From NCBI GenBank assembly GCA_010093995.1, contig ML992510.1, positions 689,272 to 753,271 on the forward strand: DNA of 64,000 nucleotides, read 5' to 3'. The first letter of the stretch is position 1. Each line of letters begins with the position of its first letter. The notes beneath the pieces were generated by a model. That model was not told the DNA's origin. It saw only the letters and a list, made by a program, of their open reading frames with translations, and searched no databases. The translations under genes and the position numbers were made by a program. Shown piece by piece: positions 33,789 through 45,779 of this stretch. The DNA comes from Elsinoe ampelina (Eukaryota).

Positions 33789-35796
33789 TCAGATGCTAGT
33801 TTGCTGACCCCCGGGAGGAGCGAATCCGCCCCTACCCCGACCAGCATAACCACGATTGCCACCCCTGAAGCCGCGGCCTCGGTACCCACCCCGCCCGCGG
33901 AAAGCGCTACTTTCGCCAAAGGTCTCCATGTTTCGCTTCCTCTCTTCAGTCCTGAACTCGCTGCCGCCAAGTCTCTTTCCATCCTGCTCCGCTGCTTGAC
34001 GATCCTTCAGTTCGCTGCTGAGATTGTCGAAGAAGCTCGAGCCCTTGTCGTACTTCTTTGTGTTTGCACCTGGTATGACAACATCACCGTCATCGTGCTT
34101 CGCAGCGCCATTTGTGCCGTTCGCGCCGTTCGCGCCATCAGTGGTCTCATCGGGTGTGCCCACAGGTGATCCAGTGGCGATTGCTTCCTTGACCAGATCC
34201 TGCTTGTTGAACTTGGCATTCGAAGATTCGAAGTCAAAGTCGGAAGACGGCACTTCGATACCATGACGAGGAGCACCGCCACCTCGGCGCGGTCCACGAC
34301 CACCGCGAGGAGCACCAACTCCGCGCTGACCGCCACGACCCCGCGAATCGGATGTACTGAGATTGCTGATCTTTTGCGCCAGTGACTCTGCCGTCTCGCC
34401 GGTCGGTCCAGGAGGCTTGCCCTGACCTTGAACGGGTCCCAATTTGGCCATGGCTGCTGCGACCGCTGCCGCAGCTGCTTGGGTAGCATTCTGGGTAGAC
34501 TGTGAAGCTCCAGGCTGCTGCGTCGGAGCTGCCGATTTCGGCGCTTGCACGTTCTGCCTCGAAGCCAAGGGTACGGCCACCTTACTGTTGCGAGGCGCTG
34601 ATTGGCTCTTGGCCTTAGGCTCCGTTGGCACATTTGTCTCGGGTTTAGTTTCTTTCGGAAGTGGTGGTGCACTTGGGTCGGTGGCACCAGGCGCAGGAGT
34701 GGCTGACAGTTCGGTAGGCTTAGATTCTGTAGGAAGTGGTGGTGGCTGTGCGCCCTGCCCTTGGCTTGGGGTTGGTTGCTTGGGACCAGGTCGCTGATTT
34801 TCCTGCAGAGGACTGGGACCGCTGGGAGGTATCTGCTGACCTTGCTGTTGCTGGAAGTTGCCTGGCCCACCCGGTCCGCCAGGTGGACCTTGAGGGAAAC
34901 CATGACCGGGAGGAGGATACCAGCCAGGTGGAGGGGGTCCATTGGGACCTCCAAAATTCGGACCGGGGCCTGGGCCATAGCCTGGTACTGCGCCAGGCGC
35001 GCCAGGGAATCCATGTGGTCCACCTGGAGGTGCGAATCGTGATTGTTGTTGTGGGTAACCGCCATATGGGGAGAAGCTCTGCGGAGGGGGTGGACCGCGC
35101 CATTGCTGGCCGGGGCCTTGTGGAGGCCCTTGAGGAGGACCTTGAGGGGGGCCTTGCTGTTGTGGAGGGCGAGCAGACTACAATGCATTAGCTTCGAGCG
35201 TTGAAAGCTATATGAGCGAGATGGTAATTGGAGTGCTAGTCAGAAGGAAGGCAACGGAAGTGTCCACATGGTTTTGCGCTCTCGGATAGACAATAATGAT
35301 TTACATCCGGAATATTTCATCATTCGAAAAGGGAATCTGCGAGATCGGGAGGTTGACTTACACCGAGAATCGCAGGGTCATTCGGCATCTGAGGTTGCTT
35401 GCTCTCCTGGGGTTGTTCGATGATCGTGAGGTCCTTCACATCGCTCCCCCTGAAGACAATGTATTCGTAGATCTGGTCGGATGGTGCTATCTCTTCAGCC
35501 GGGTTCCCCCTTCTGCCTTCAGTGCCGAAGGACTTGACATTCTCGAGCGCGACTGTGGAGTTCTCGGAGTTGATTTCGTGAAGGGTCCCGACATATCTGG
35601 TCCAACGTCAGTATTGTGTCGCGACTGCATATGACTTGTCTATGGCTTACTTGATGTCGCTTTTGGAGATGAGGGATATGCGCGCGCTGCAAAGTGTTAG
35701 TCGTGTCCTGATCTGATTGTTCCAGATAGAGCTCGTCGCCAAGGGAGCATTGGAGCTCGCGCGATCGCCCTAGACGTACCCTATGAATTCGGACAT
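33789..35796 (-). CDS. SCD6: Scd6/Lsm14/Sum2 translational repressor (P-body protein)
   Basis: Exons 35796-35780, 35686-35651, 35596-35362, 35177-33789. Lsm domain (ISLISKSDIKYVGTL..SFGTEGR..YIVFRGSDVKDL), DFDF, FFD and TFG boxes, RGG tail. Confidence 0.96.
35236..35328 (-). ncRNA. snR52: Intronic box C/D snoRNA, predicted guide for 18S Am420 (snR52-like)
   Basis: Lies in the 184-nt SCD6 intron 3. Box C ATGATGA (35323-35317), box D CTGA (35243-35240), preceded by TGCCTTCCTT, complementary to conserved 18S AAGGAAGGCA; the +5 rule points to yeast-numbered A420. Confidence 0.75.
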
Positions 35797-35937
35797 GGTT
35801 GTGGTGAAGGAGGTAGAGATATGAGGGTCGGAGGTGAAGCGAGGTTGGAGATGGAGTTTCTAAAATTCGGCCGGCTTGGTGAAGCAGGAGCTCCAGCAAG
35901 CAGACACCGCTTAGTCAGCAATGCTCCACTACTCAGC

Positions 35938-36079
35938 TGTTGTAACTGGCAAATCGGATCGAGAGACGTGTGTTTTATTCAGAGAGTTATAATAACCGAT
36001 TTATCTACTGTGCGTACGCTGACTTATTAGTACTAGTTCTTTAGTACTAGAGAAGCTATACTAGCCTTCTATTATAATA
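35938..36079 (-). mobile_element. 3' LTR (~142 bp) of the outer minus-strand element
   Basis: Starts TGTTGTAAC and ends ATTATAATA (RIP form of the inverted repeat GTTACAACA), followed by CTCCCTCT, a reverse-complement polypurine tract. Confidence 0.65.
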
Positions 36080-36341
36080 CTCCCTCTCTAGTATAGATTA
36101 TTAAAGCTAGAGAACTGTTCTATTATATATAAGTAAAGTAATTAGCTTATTACTTTATCTTTTTATAATTACTTATAATTATTAGTATTAGCTAATTATT
36201 AGTAAGAATTTACTATTAGTTTAGCTTATAATTACTAGTAATAATAGTAACTAGTAATAATAGCTAGGCAGCTATTATTTATATAAATAGACTAGCTTAT
36301 AAGTCTTAATTAAAGAGATATAAGTATCTAACTAGCCTCTT

Positions 36342-39300
36342 TGCTAAGAATATAGCTCTCTCTAGATAGTTAGGCCCGAAGGTTATATAACTACAGGTTA
36401 TATAATGCTAAGTCCTAGGGATTTATAGCTATTCTTTCCTTCGGTAGATAGACTCCTTAATTAATTAACTCGTCTATTACCTAACTAGTGTGCGGATTAG
36501 TTCCATATAATACACCACCCCTAAACGTGCCTTCCGCTTAACAGGTTATAAGCCTAGAGCTTATAGTACAAGTATAGGATTGTATATATAGTAGTTGGCC
36601 CACTGCTTAAACAAAACGGAAGCGGAATTACAATATCCCTACCGCCTTATAGTTAACTATCTAGATACCTTTAGTAAGCCTAGTAGACTGTACTATAAGT
36701 CGTAAAAGATTGTACTACTTAGGACAATAAGTAGGAATAGCACTTCTATTTAGCACAGGTTTAACTCCTATAATTATTCCACTATAGCTGCTATTTATTA
36801 GCTAGATTAACTAAACATATTCGATTTATTAACTTCCTCTAAGGCCTAGCTAGCCTTATAGACAACTATTAACTAGAGGTCATTAACTAAACTTGACCTT
36901 TATCTATTTATTTAATTCTCTTCTCCTTAGAGAACTTAATTCCTAACTATAGAAGATTAGTTCTTATCTTTAAGAAGACTAGTTGTTAAGCTTAATAGAC
37001 TTAACTAGAGAGAATAGTTCTACTAGATAGAAATATACCTTATAAGTAAGGATACCTTCTAGACTATTCGTAGTTAGACTACCCCTTTAGTAACACTATT
37101 ATCCAATAACACCTCTAGCTCCTTTTTAGTCCTACCTATTAAGTTAAAGGACTAGCAAAAGGCTAATGTAACTACTAAGTACTAGGTTGTCTAGTGTATC
37201 TTATAAGATAACAAAGAGTTGCTATATAAAGAAGAGCTTATATTAGAATATTAGAGATTGCTTAAGTCTAAGTATAAAACAAACCTTAAGGCAAGCGTAA
37301 GGGAGCTAGTTATCTAATTTGTAAACTATAAGATAGATAAGCAGGACACTATTAATAAAGCTTAGTCCTACCTTACTAGCCTAGGAAGACAGATCGCTAT
37401 TGTCTACCTAGACAAGGGTTATTAGAGGGTAGTAGAGAGATTGTAGTAGCTTCTCTCTTCTCTTCCTAATAACTATAGGTTTATAAGGTAAGCAATTAAA
37501 GTAAGGGGATTAACTAACATAGATAAGGTCCTCCTTATTCTTAAGGAGGAAGAGAGACGCCTTAGCAAGCATAAGATTGCTATGTTTGCTAGGGGGAGAC
37601 CAAATTAAGGACCTAGTAGAAGTATAAGCTATATATATATCCTCTGCTTATAGGTTAGTTACACCGTAACTAGATGCCCTTAACTTTAAAGAGTATAGAG
37701 GTATATTTAGCCTTCCTATAGAATTACTAAGAGCCTACTAAGGAGGAGAAGATCTCTATTAGCTTCTAATAATCTAGTTACCCTTATTAGGCATCTCACT
37801 AAGAAGGTTAATAGACTAGAAGCAGCATCTAAGTTAAAGAAAGGTAAAGCCTTTACTACTACTAAAGGCCGGTCCGAACCTTCCTCTCTAATCTTAACTC
37901 TACTACCTAAAGTTCTGTTAGGTAAAGAGGAACTTAAGACTATAGGCTCTATATTAGAGGTATAAGGTAAGCTTCTACATTATTAGTAGATACTTAACTC
38001 TAGAGCATCTAACTATATAATAGACAAGCTAACCCTCTTTAGGGGCTTATTAAGCAAGATACGCACTTAATAGATCTAGGTTAGAGGGGGTTACCTTTGG
38101 TTATAGTTAATAGGAACCGCTGTTATTAAGACTAAGAAGAGAGATAAGATAAAGGTATAGGCTCTTTATGTACCTAATCTTAGTGTTAATTTAGTCTCCT
38201 ATTATAAGCTATATACAGATTTAGGAGTTTCTAGAGTTCTTAATTTAAATTCTTTTCTTGTTCTTAATTTATAAAAGCAGCTACTACTTAAAGCTAAAAT
38301 TCGAGGGGGGGTATATATTATCTAATTCCTCTTTAAGTAGTTAGCTAATTAAAAGCCGCATTCTAGATCTAAGCCCGGCTTAATTCTAGATTTAGCCAAT
38401 TAGGACATAGTATTCCTTACTACTTAGCCAGTAATTATATTATACACTAAGTATGTATATCTAACCTAGAATAAGTAACATAAGGATCTTATTAATTTAA
38501 GACCCGATAACTCTAATATAGAGTACTAACTCTAGTATAGAAGATTTGCTTACCTTAGAGTTAAGAAGCTTAGGGATCTTTATAAGGTTATAACCCTTAA
38601 GAAGCTTATTAATTTAAACTATAATTTGTTAATCCTATGTAAGGTCTGTTCCTTAACAAAGATAAGGAATAGAAGAGGCAAAACTTTATAGAGAAGACTA
38701 GAGGTTCTTTAGCTTGTTTATACTAACATCTATAGCCTAATTAAAGCAAGTAGGGAAGGATTTAAATACTTCCTAGAGCTTGTAGATAGCTATTTAAGGA
38801 TAATATAGATTATACTACTTAAGACAAGAGATAAAGCCCTATAGAGGCTTATTAAGTGAAAGCTAAGGGTTAAGAAGGAAAGTAATGCCAAAGTTAAGGT
38901 TACTAGATTAGACAATGCTAGTAAGCTTAATAAGATCCTAAAGCAGTAGGAGCGCTAAGAAGGCATCTATTATACAACTACTAAGCTATATAATTTAATC
39001 TAGAATAGACTAGTAGAGAAAGGCATTTAAACCTTAGAGAATAGTATAAGAGCAATGCTTAAGGACTTAAAGATGCTAAATAAGTTCTAGCCTAAAGCAG
39101 TTTAGGCAGATGTATATCTAAGGAACAGGATAGTAACTAGACCTATGATTAATAATAAGTAAGTTACACTAATTAAGGCCTACATAGGCATTAAGCTATT
39201 AGTTAATTATATTAGAGTCTAGGGCTACAAGGTATACACCTATATAAACCTAAAGTCCCTTCCTATACATAGAAGAAAAGATAAGCTTATAGATAGAAGG

Positions 39301-42300
39301 AGAGTAGGAGTATTTCTTAGCTATATAGATAGAACTAACAGGATATATAAGATATAGGTACCTAATAGGAAGGCAGTAATTATATCACTAAATATTAAGT
39401 TCTCTAAATTTAAGAAAGGTAGGAATATTAATCTTAGTATTAAGATTAGCACTACGAGCAATTAAGCACTAGTTAGGAGACTAATTAGTAGACTAACCTA
39501 GATCCGAGCCCGGCTTAATCCTAAGGTAGACTAATTAGATTAGCCTATTTAGTAAGAAGCGCCTATAGGGAGAATCTTCTTACATATCGAGATCCTAAGG
39601 GTTAACCCTATTAACCTTACAGAATTCTAACGTAGAGAAGAGCTAATAGTTTAATCTATATTACCTAATTATGCAGGTTAATCACTTAAGAGATTAAGAG
39701 ATAAAGAGTCTAATAATAAAGAGCCTAAGGTAAAGCATTATAGAGCATTTATTGCTAAGTGTATTAATTAGCAAGATAAGGTTAATAAGATTACTATAAC
39801 AGCCTCTATTAAGTAATATGTCCTAATTCTAAGAGACTACTATAAGGCTGTTACTAATCTAGTTTAGGGAGGTAAGTAGCAGGAAGTAATTAATATAGAG
39901 CTTAATACTCTAGGATTAAATAACACATAGGAAGAGGTTGTCCCTCTAAAAGAATTAAACTTAGTAACATCTAAGTAGGTCTTTAATGTTAAGTACAACA
40001 CGGATAGCTCTATTAAGAAGTTTAAGGCTAGACTTATTACTAGAGGCTTCTTATAGAAGTATAGCATTAACTATAAAGACATATTTATACTAATAGTTAG
40101 AGTAGATACACTAAGACTATTCTTTACTATTGTATATATACTTAACCTTAAATGTCATTAGGTGGATGTTAATAATACCTTTACAGAATTATTCCTTAGG
40201 GAAGTAATTTATATAAGGCTACTACCTAGACTTAAGGTCTAACCTAGCATTGCCTTCCGCATTCTTAGGAGCTTGTATAGACTTAAGCAAGCTGCTAGAG
40301 ATTAGAATTAGCACTACATCTCTAAGCTTTTAAAGCTAGGCTTTACTTAGAGCGAAGTAGACCTCTATCTTCTTATATACTATAATAAGAAGATTATTCT
40401 CTTAGTTTATGTTAATAACATACCATTTACAGCATAAAGCAAAGAGAACATCTAGTAGTTTAAGCAAGAGCTTAGTAGAATCTTCAAGATTAAGAATCTT
40501 AGTAAGGTTAGCAAAGTTCTTAGGGTTAAGGTTATAAGAGACAGATAATAAGGAACCTTAAGGCTTAACTAGACCTACTATGTAGATAATGTGCTATAGA
40601 GGCTTAATATAACCTCTAATAAGGCTACTCTAACAAAGTAGCTAATAGACAATAAGCTTCCTTAGAGAGCTTAGACTAAAGATATAAGGTTTAGTAGAAC
40701 TAAGTACTTATATGCTATTAGAAGCTAGATATACCTTAGTACCCTAATAAGACTAGACACTACCTTTGCCTTAGGAAGGCTTAGTTAGTTCATAGCAGAT
40801 CTAATAGACAGCTATACTATTAAGATAAAGAAGATGTTAAGATATATTAGATTAACTAAAGATCTTAGTATAGTGTTTAGGAGGAATAGTAACAAGACTC
40901 TTAAGGGATATTCTAATTCAGACTATGCCTTAGATAAGACAGACAGAGTCTCNNNNNNNNNNAATTAGATTAGCCTATTTAGTAAGAAGCGCCTATAGGG
41001 AGAATCTTCTTACATATCGAGATCCTAAGGGTTAACCCTGTTAACCTTATAGAATTCTAACGTAGAGAAGAGCTAATAGTTTAATCTATATTACCTAATT
41101 ATGTAGGTTAATCACTTAAGAGATTAAGAGATAAAGAGTCTAATAATAAAGAGCCTAAGGTAAAGCATTATAGAGCATTTATTGCTAAGTGTATTAATTA
41201 GCAAGATAAGGTTAATAAGATTACTATAACAGCCTCTATTAAGTAATATGTCCTAATTCTAAGAGACTACTATAAGGCTATTACTAATCTAGTTTAGGGA
41301 GGTAAGTAGCAGGAAGTAATTAATATAGAGCTTAATACTCTAGGATTAAATAACACATAGGAAGAGGTTGTCCCTCTAAAAGAATTAAACTTAGTAACAT
41401 CTAAGTAGGTCTTTAATGTTAAGTACAACACGGATAGCTCTATTAAGAAGTTTAAGGCTAGACTTATTACTAGAGGCTTCTTATAGAAGTATAGCATTAA
41501 CTATAAAGACATATTTATACTAATAGTTAGAGTAGATACACTAAGACTATTCTTTACTATTGTATATATACTTAACCTTAAATGTCATTAGGTGGATGTT
41601 AATAATACCTTTACAGAATTATTCCTTAGGGAAGTAATTTATATAAGGCTACTACCTAGACTTAAGGTCTAACCTAGCATTGCCTTCCGCATTCTTAGGA
41701 GCTTGTATAGACTTAAGCAAGCTGCTAGAGATTAGAATTAGCACTACATCTCTAAGCTTTTAAAGCTAGGCTTTACTTAGAGCGAAGTAGACCCCTATCT
41801 TCTTATACACTATAACAAGAAGATTATTCTCTTAGTTTATGTTAATAACATACCATTTACAGCATAAAGCAAAGAGAACATCTAGTAGTTTAAGCAAGAG
41901 CTTAGTAGAATCTTCAAGATTAAGAATCTTAGTAAGGTTAGCAAAGTTCTTAGGGTTAAGGTTATAAGAGACAGATAATAAGGAACCTTAAGGCTTAACT
42001 AGACCTACTATGTAGATAATGTGCTATAGAGGCTTAATATAACCTCTAATAAGGCTACTCTAACAAAGTAGCTAATAGACAATAAGCTTCCTTAGAGAGC
42101 TTAGACTAAAGATATAAGGTTTAGTAGAACTAAGTACTTATATGCTATTAGAAGCTAGATATACCTTAGTACCCTAATAAGACTAGACACTACCTTTGCC
42201 TTAGGAAGGCTTAGTTAGTTCATAGCAGATCTAATAGACAGCTATACTATTAAGATAAAGAAGATGTTAAGATATATTAGATTAACTAAAGATCTTAGTA

Positions 42301-43090
42301 TAGTGTTTAGGAGGAATAGTAACAAGACTCTTAAGGGATATTCTAATTCAGACTATGCCTTAGATAAGACAGACAGAGTCTCTATTCTTAGATACGTCTT
42401 TATACTTGTAGGTAGTTCTATTAGCTAGATAAGTAGGAAGCAGAAGTCTGTTTTAACCTCTACTATAGAGGCTAAATATATAGCAATATACTCTTATATA
42501 AAGAGATTACAGTTCCTATCTTAGTTACTAAGAGACATAGGCTGTTATAAGATGGTTAGTTAATTACCTTAGAAGCTAACTATAAAGGAGTCTTAGAAAG
42601 CAATAATAAGATTACCCTTTACTACTAAGATCAATAGTAATAACTAGGCGGCTCTTTTACTTATAAAGGAGCTATATACTTATAAAAGGGCAAAACACAT
42701 TAATGTTGCTTACTACTACGTTAGGAGGCTATAGAGGGACTAGAGGATATAGGTTAAGTTTATAAGGACAGTAGACATAGTAGCTAATAGGTTAACTAAG
42801 CCATTACAAGGTTAGAACTTTACAAGGTTTGTAAAGCAACTTAGCTTATTATTAACCTAATAGCTTATCTACAGGAGCTAAGTAGGAGTGCTAAGAATAT
42901 AGCTCTCTCTAGATAGTTAGGCCCGAAGGTCATATAACTACAGGTCATGTAATGCTAAGTCCTAGGGATTTATAGCTGTTCTTTCCTTCGGTAGATAGAC
43001 TCCTTAATTAATTAACTCGTCTATCACCTAACTAGTGTGCGGATTGGTTCTATACAATATACCACCCCTAAACGTGCCTTCTGCTTAACA
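36342..43090 (+). mobile_element. Full-length RIP-inactivated Ty1/Copia retrotransposon (Copia-1)
   Basis: 202-bp TG..CA LTRs 36342-36543 and 42889-43090; TSD CTCTT on both sides; PBS GGTTATAAGCC; PPT AAGTAGGAG. Integrase-RT-RNase H order with de-RIPped KFKARL, LYGLKQAAR, VYVDDI, GYSDSDYA, RAKHIDV, ADGLTKPL. Confidence 0.95.
39533..42382. repeat. 1420-bp direct duplication flanking a 10-N gap (probable assembly artefact)
   Basis: 39533-40952 is repeated at 40963-42382 with only a few transition differences; Ns at 40953-40962. Confidence 0.85.
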
Positions 43091-45779
43091 CTCTTTATAA
43101 TTTCTTCTTTCTTTATTATACTTATAGTAGTAGCCTTTTCTTTTATATAATACTTTTACCTTCTTACTATACTATATTAATAATACTTATAATATAAGTA
43201 CTATAGTATAGTAATAGCTAGGTATTAGTAGTATTACTACTAGTACTAGTACTCTAAGTAGTCTACTAGGTAGTAGAGGTAGTAGTAAGAAGAGAAATTC
43301 TCTATTAAGGTTACCTAGTACTTCTAATATTAATTATAATACTACTATAAGACTAATTACTTGTCTTAATACTCTTAGTAAGTAGCTATAAAGTATTAAT
43401 AGTATAAGCTAACATTAATAGCCTAATTAACTTAGACTTTAACTTAATAGTTAGCCAACATAATCTAGAATACTCTCCTTAGGCTTAGAATAATTAGTTA
43501 TTATAACTATACTAACTTATATCCTATCTAGAGGTCTATAGTAGTCTAGGCCTTTAGTACCTATAGTATATACCTAGTAGTTACTAATCCTATTCTAGTT
43601 AAGGATCTAACTAAGTAAGTTAACCTTACTAGATCTACTAACTACTCTACTACTTTAATAGCTTCTAGTACTACTAGTAGAGTAGTCTACTATAGTACTA
43701 ATCGCTATACTAAGTATTAGAGATCTAACCCTAGTAATGATTAGAGTAAGGGTAAGGGTAGTAAGTTTAGTAAGTATATTACTTTACCTAGTTAGCTTAA
43801 TAAGGCCTATACTTACTATACTTATAGTAACTAATATACCAGATATTCCTTAGCTAACTATATTCTAACTCTAAGGCCTATTAGCTCTCTTAAACCTATA
43901 AGGACCTTAAGTAGCTTAAGGGTTATTACCTAGCCTATTCTATATAGTCTAATATACCTACTAATAGAGCTTCTAAAGTCTATCTCTTTTAGTAGTACTT
44001 TACCTTAGAGGTTCTTACTAAAGGTCTATATACTAGAGGTATTATTAGGTATAGTTAATACTTTAATAACTTATACTAACTCTTACTACTTTATAGTAGT
44101 CCCTATAAACTTTATAGATCCTACTAACCTAACTACTACTAAGGTTTATAACTTAGCTACTATAGTAATAAACTATATAGTAGAGCTTATAAGAATTATA
44201 GCTACTAGCTACCCTAGTTAGCTTTCTCCTATTTATACCTTTATACTAGGCCTAGTACTAATAAGGTATAGTAGGTCTAGATCTAATACTTCTATAAGGT
44301 CTACTAGTAGTAATAAGGAAAGAAGTTCTTCTTCTATAAAGAAGTAATTTAAGGTAGGAGATAGGTAAGAGTTATTAAAGGTAGTAATAGTACTAAGTAG
44401 TAGATATAGCTTAAGTATAAGTAGCTAGTAATAGAGTTATAATAGCTTTTTCCTTTCTCTCTTCTTAATAATAAAGTAATTTACTTTAAACTTTAGATAA
44501 ATAAGATAGCTTAATAAGTAGTAGTAGTATAGATAATATACTTAAAATAATAATATATATAAGTATATAGTATAGATATATACTAAGTAATTAGCCTTTA
44601 CTAATTAATTAAGAATCTTATTAAGAGACTTAGGCTTTATAAGTATATTAGCTAATTACTAAGTTATATTAATATACTTAAGCTTAATTACTCTAAGTTT
44701 ATACTACTCTCTATAGTAGTAATTCCTTAGATTAATATACTTAGATCTCCTTAAGTTAGTATAATCTCTTATAAGTTTAATAGCTAATTTATTATTAATA
44801 AAGACTATAGTTAGACTAAGGTAGATATTAGTAAGTAGCCTAAGTTTAATAATAAAGTTTCTTAACTAATTAATCTCTCTATAGGTCTTAGTAAAGGCAA
44901 GGTATTTAGCCTTAGTACTTAATAACATAATAATCTTCTATAGCCTTAACTTCTAAATAACTAGTATACTAAGTATATAAATAATAGTACTAGATATAGA
45001 TCTTATAGTTAATCTATCTCTAGTAAAGTCTAAGTTAGAGTAAGCTTTAATTATATTAGCTAATAGTCTATTAGTCTTCCTAAAGGTAAGGCCCTTTATA
45101 ATAGTCTTATTAATATACCTCTAGATCTATTTAGCTATAACTATATAAGCTATAGTTAGATTCTAAAGGAACCTAGCTAAGTAATTAGTAGTATAGCTAA
45201 TATTAGGCCTTATATTATTAGCTAGATATTATAATTTACTAATAATTCTATTAAATATCTTATAGTACTAAGTATTAACTTAGCTATTAGTTAGTTTATA
45301 GAGTTAATTAATAAGATACTTTATAGTTCTTACTTAGTAAAGATTATAGCCTTTAAGCTTCTCCTTTAAGTAGTATAATTACTTAATCTTAATTAAATCC
45401 TTAGTTCTATAAAGTTAAATACTAAGGAAGAGGTTTAAGTTTATAATCTTTATTAGAAACTTAAGATAAAGATCTTTAACTAGCTTATCTATATACTTCT
45501 ACCTAGTAGTAATAATCCTAAAGTTATTAACATACACAAGAACTATATAATACTTATTAATAAAGAGATAGGCATTACTATAGAATCTAATAAAACTAAG
45601 TAATAGAAGTACCTTAACTATAGCATTATACTAGAGGACAGTAGCTTACTTAAGCCTATATAAGCCCTTTATAAGAACAATAAGCTTGTTCTATTTACTA
45701 GGAATTAGTATACCTTCTAGGTAGGAGATATAGTTCTTAATATTAATATCTAGTCTAAGGAATATAGTAACTATATTAG

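Larger units (their letters stand above)
35938..45779 (-). mobile_element. Outer, heavily RIP-mutated Ty1/Copia element (Copia-2), interrupted by later insertions
   Basis: De-RIPped minus-strand motifs KGLYGLKQAAVLW (~45635-45672), LVYVDDF (~45520-45540) and RNase H end LADILTKP (~44630-44660). Linkage to the LTR at 35938 is inferred. Confidence 0.65.

Noticed and set aside
15140..35796. Apparent cluster of RNA-binding genes (RGG, Tra2-like, SCD6)
   Set aside because: Interspersed with unrelated housekeeping genes; no sequence evidence of co-regulation.
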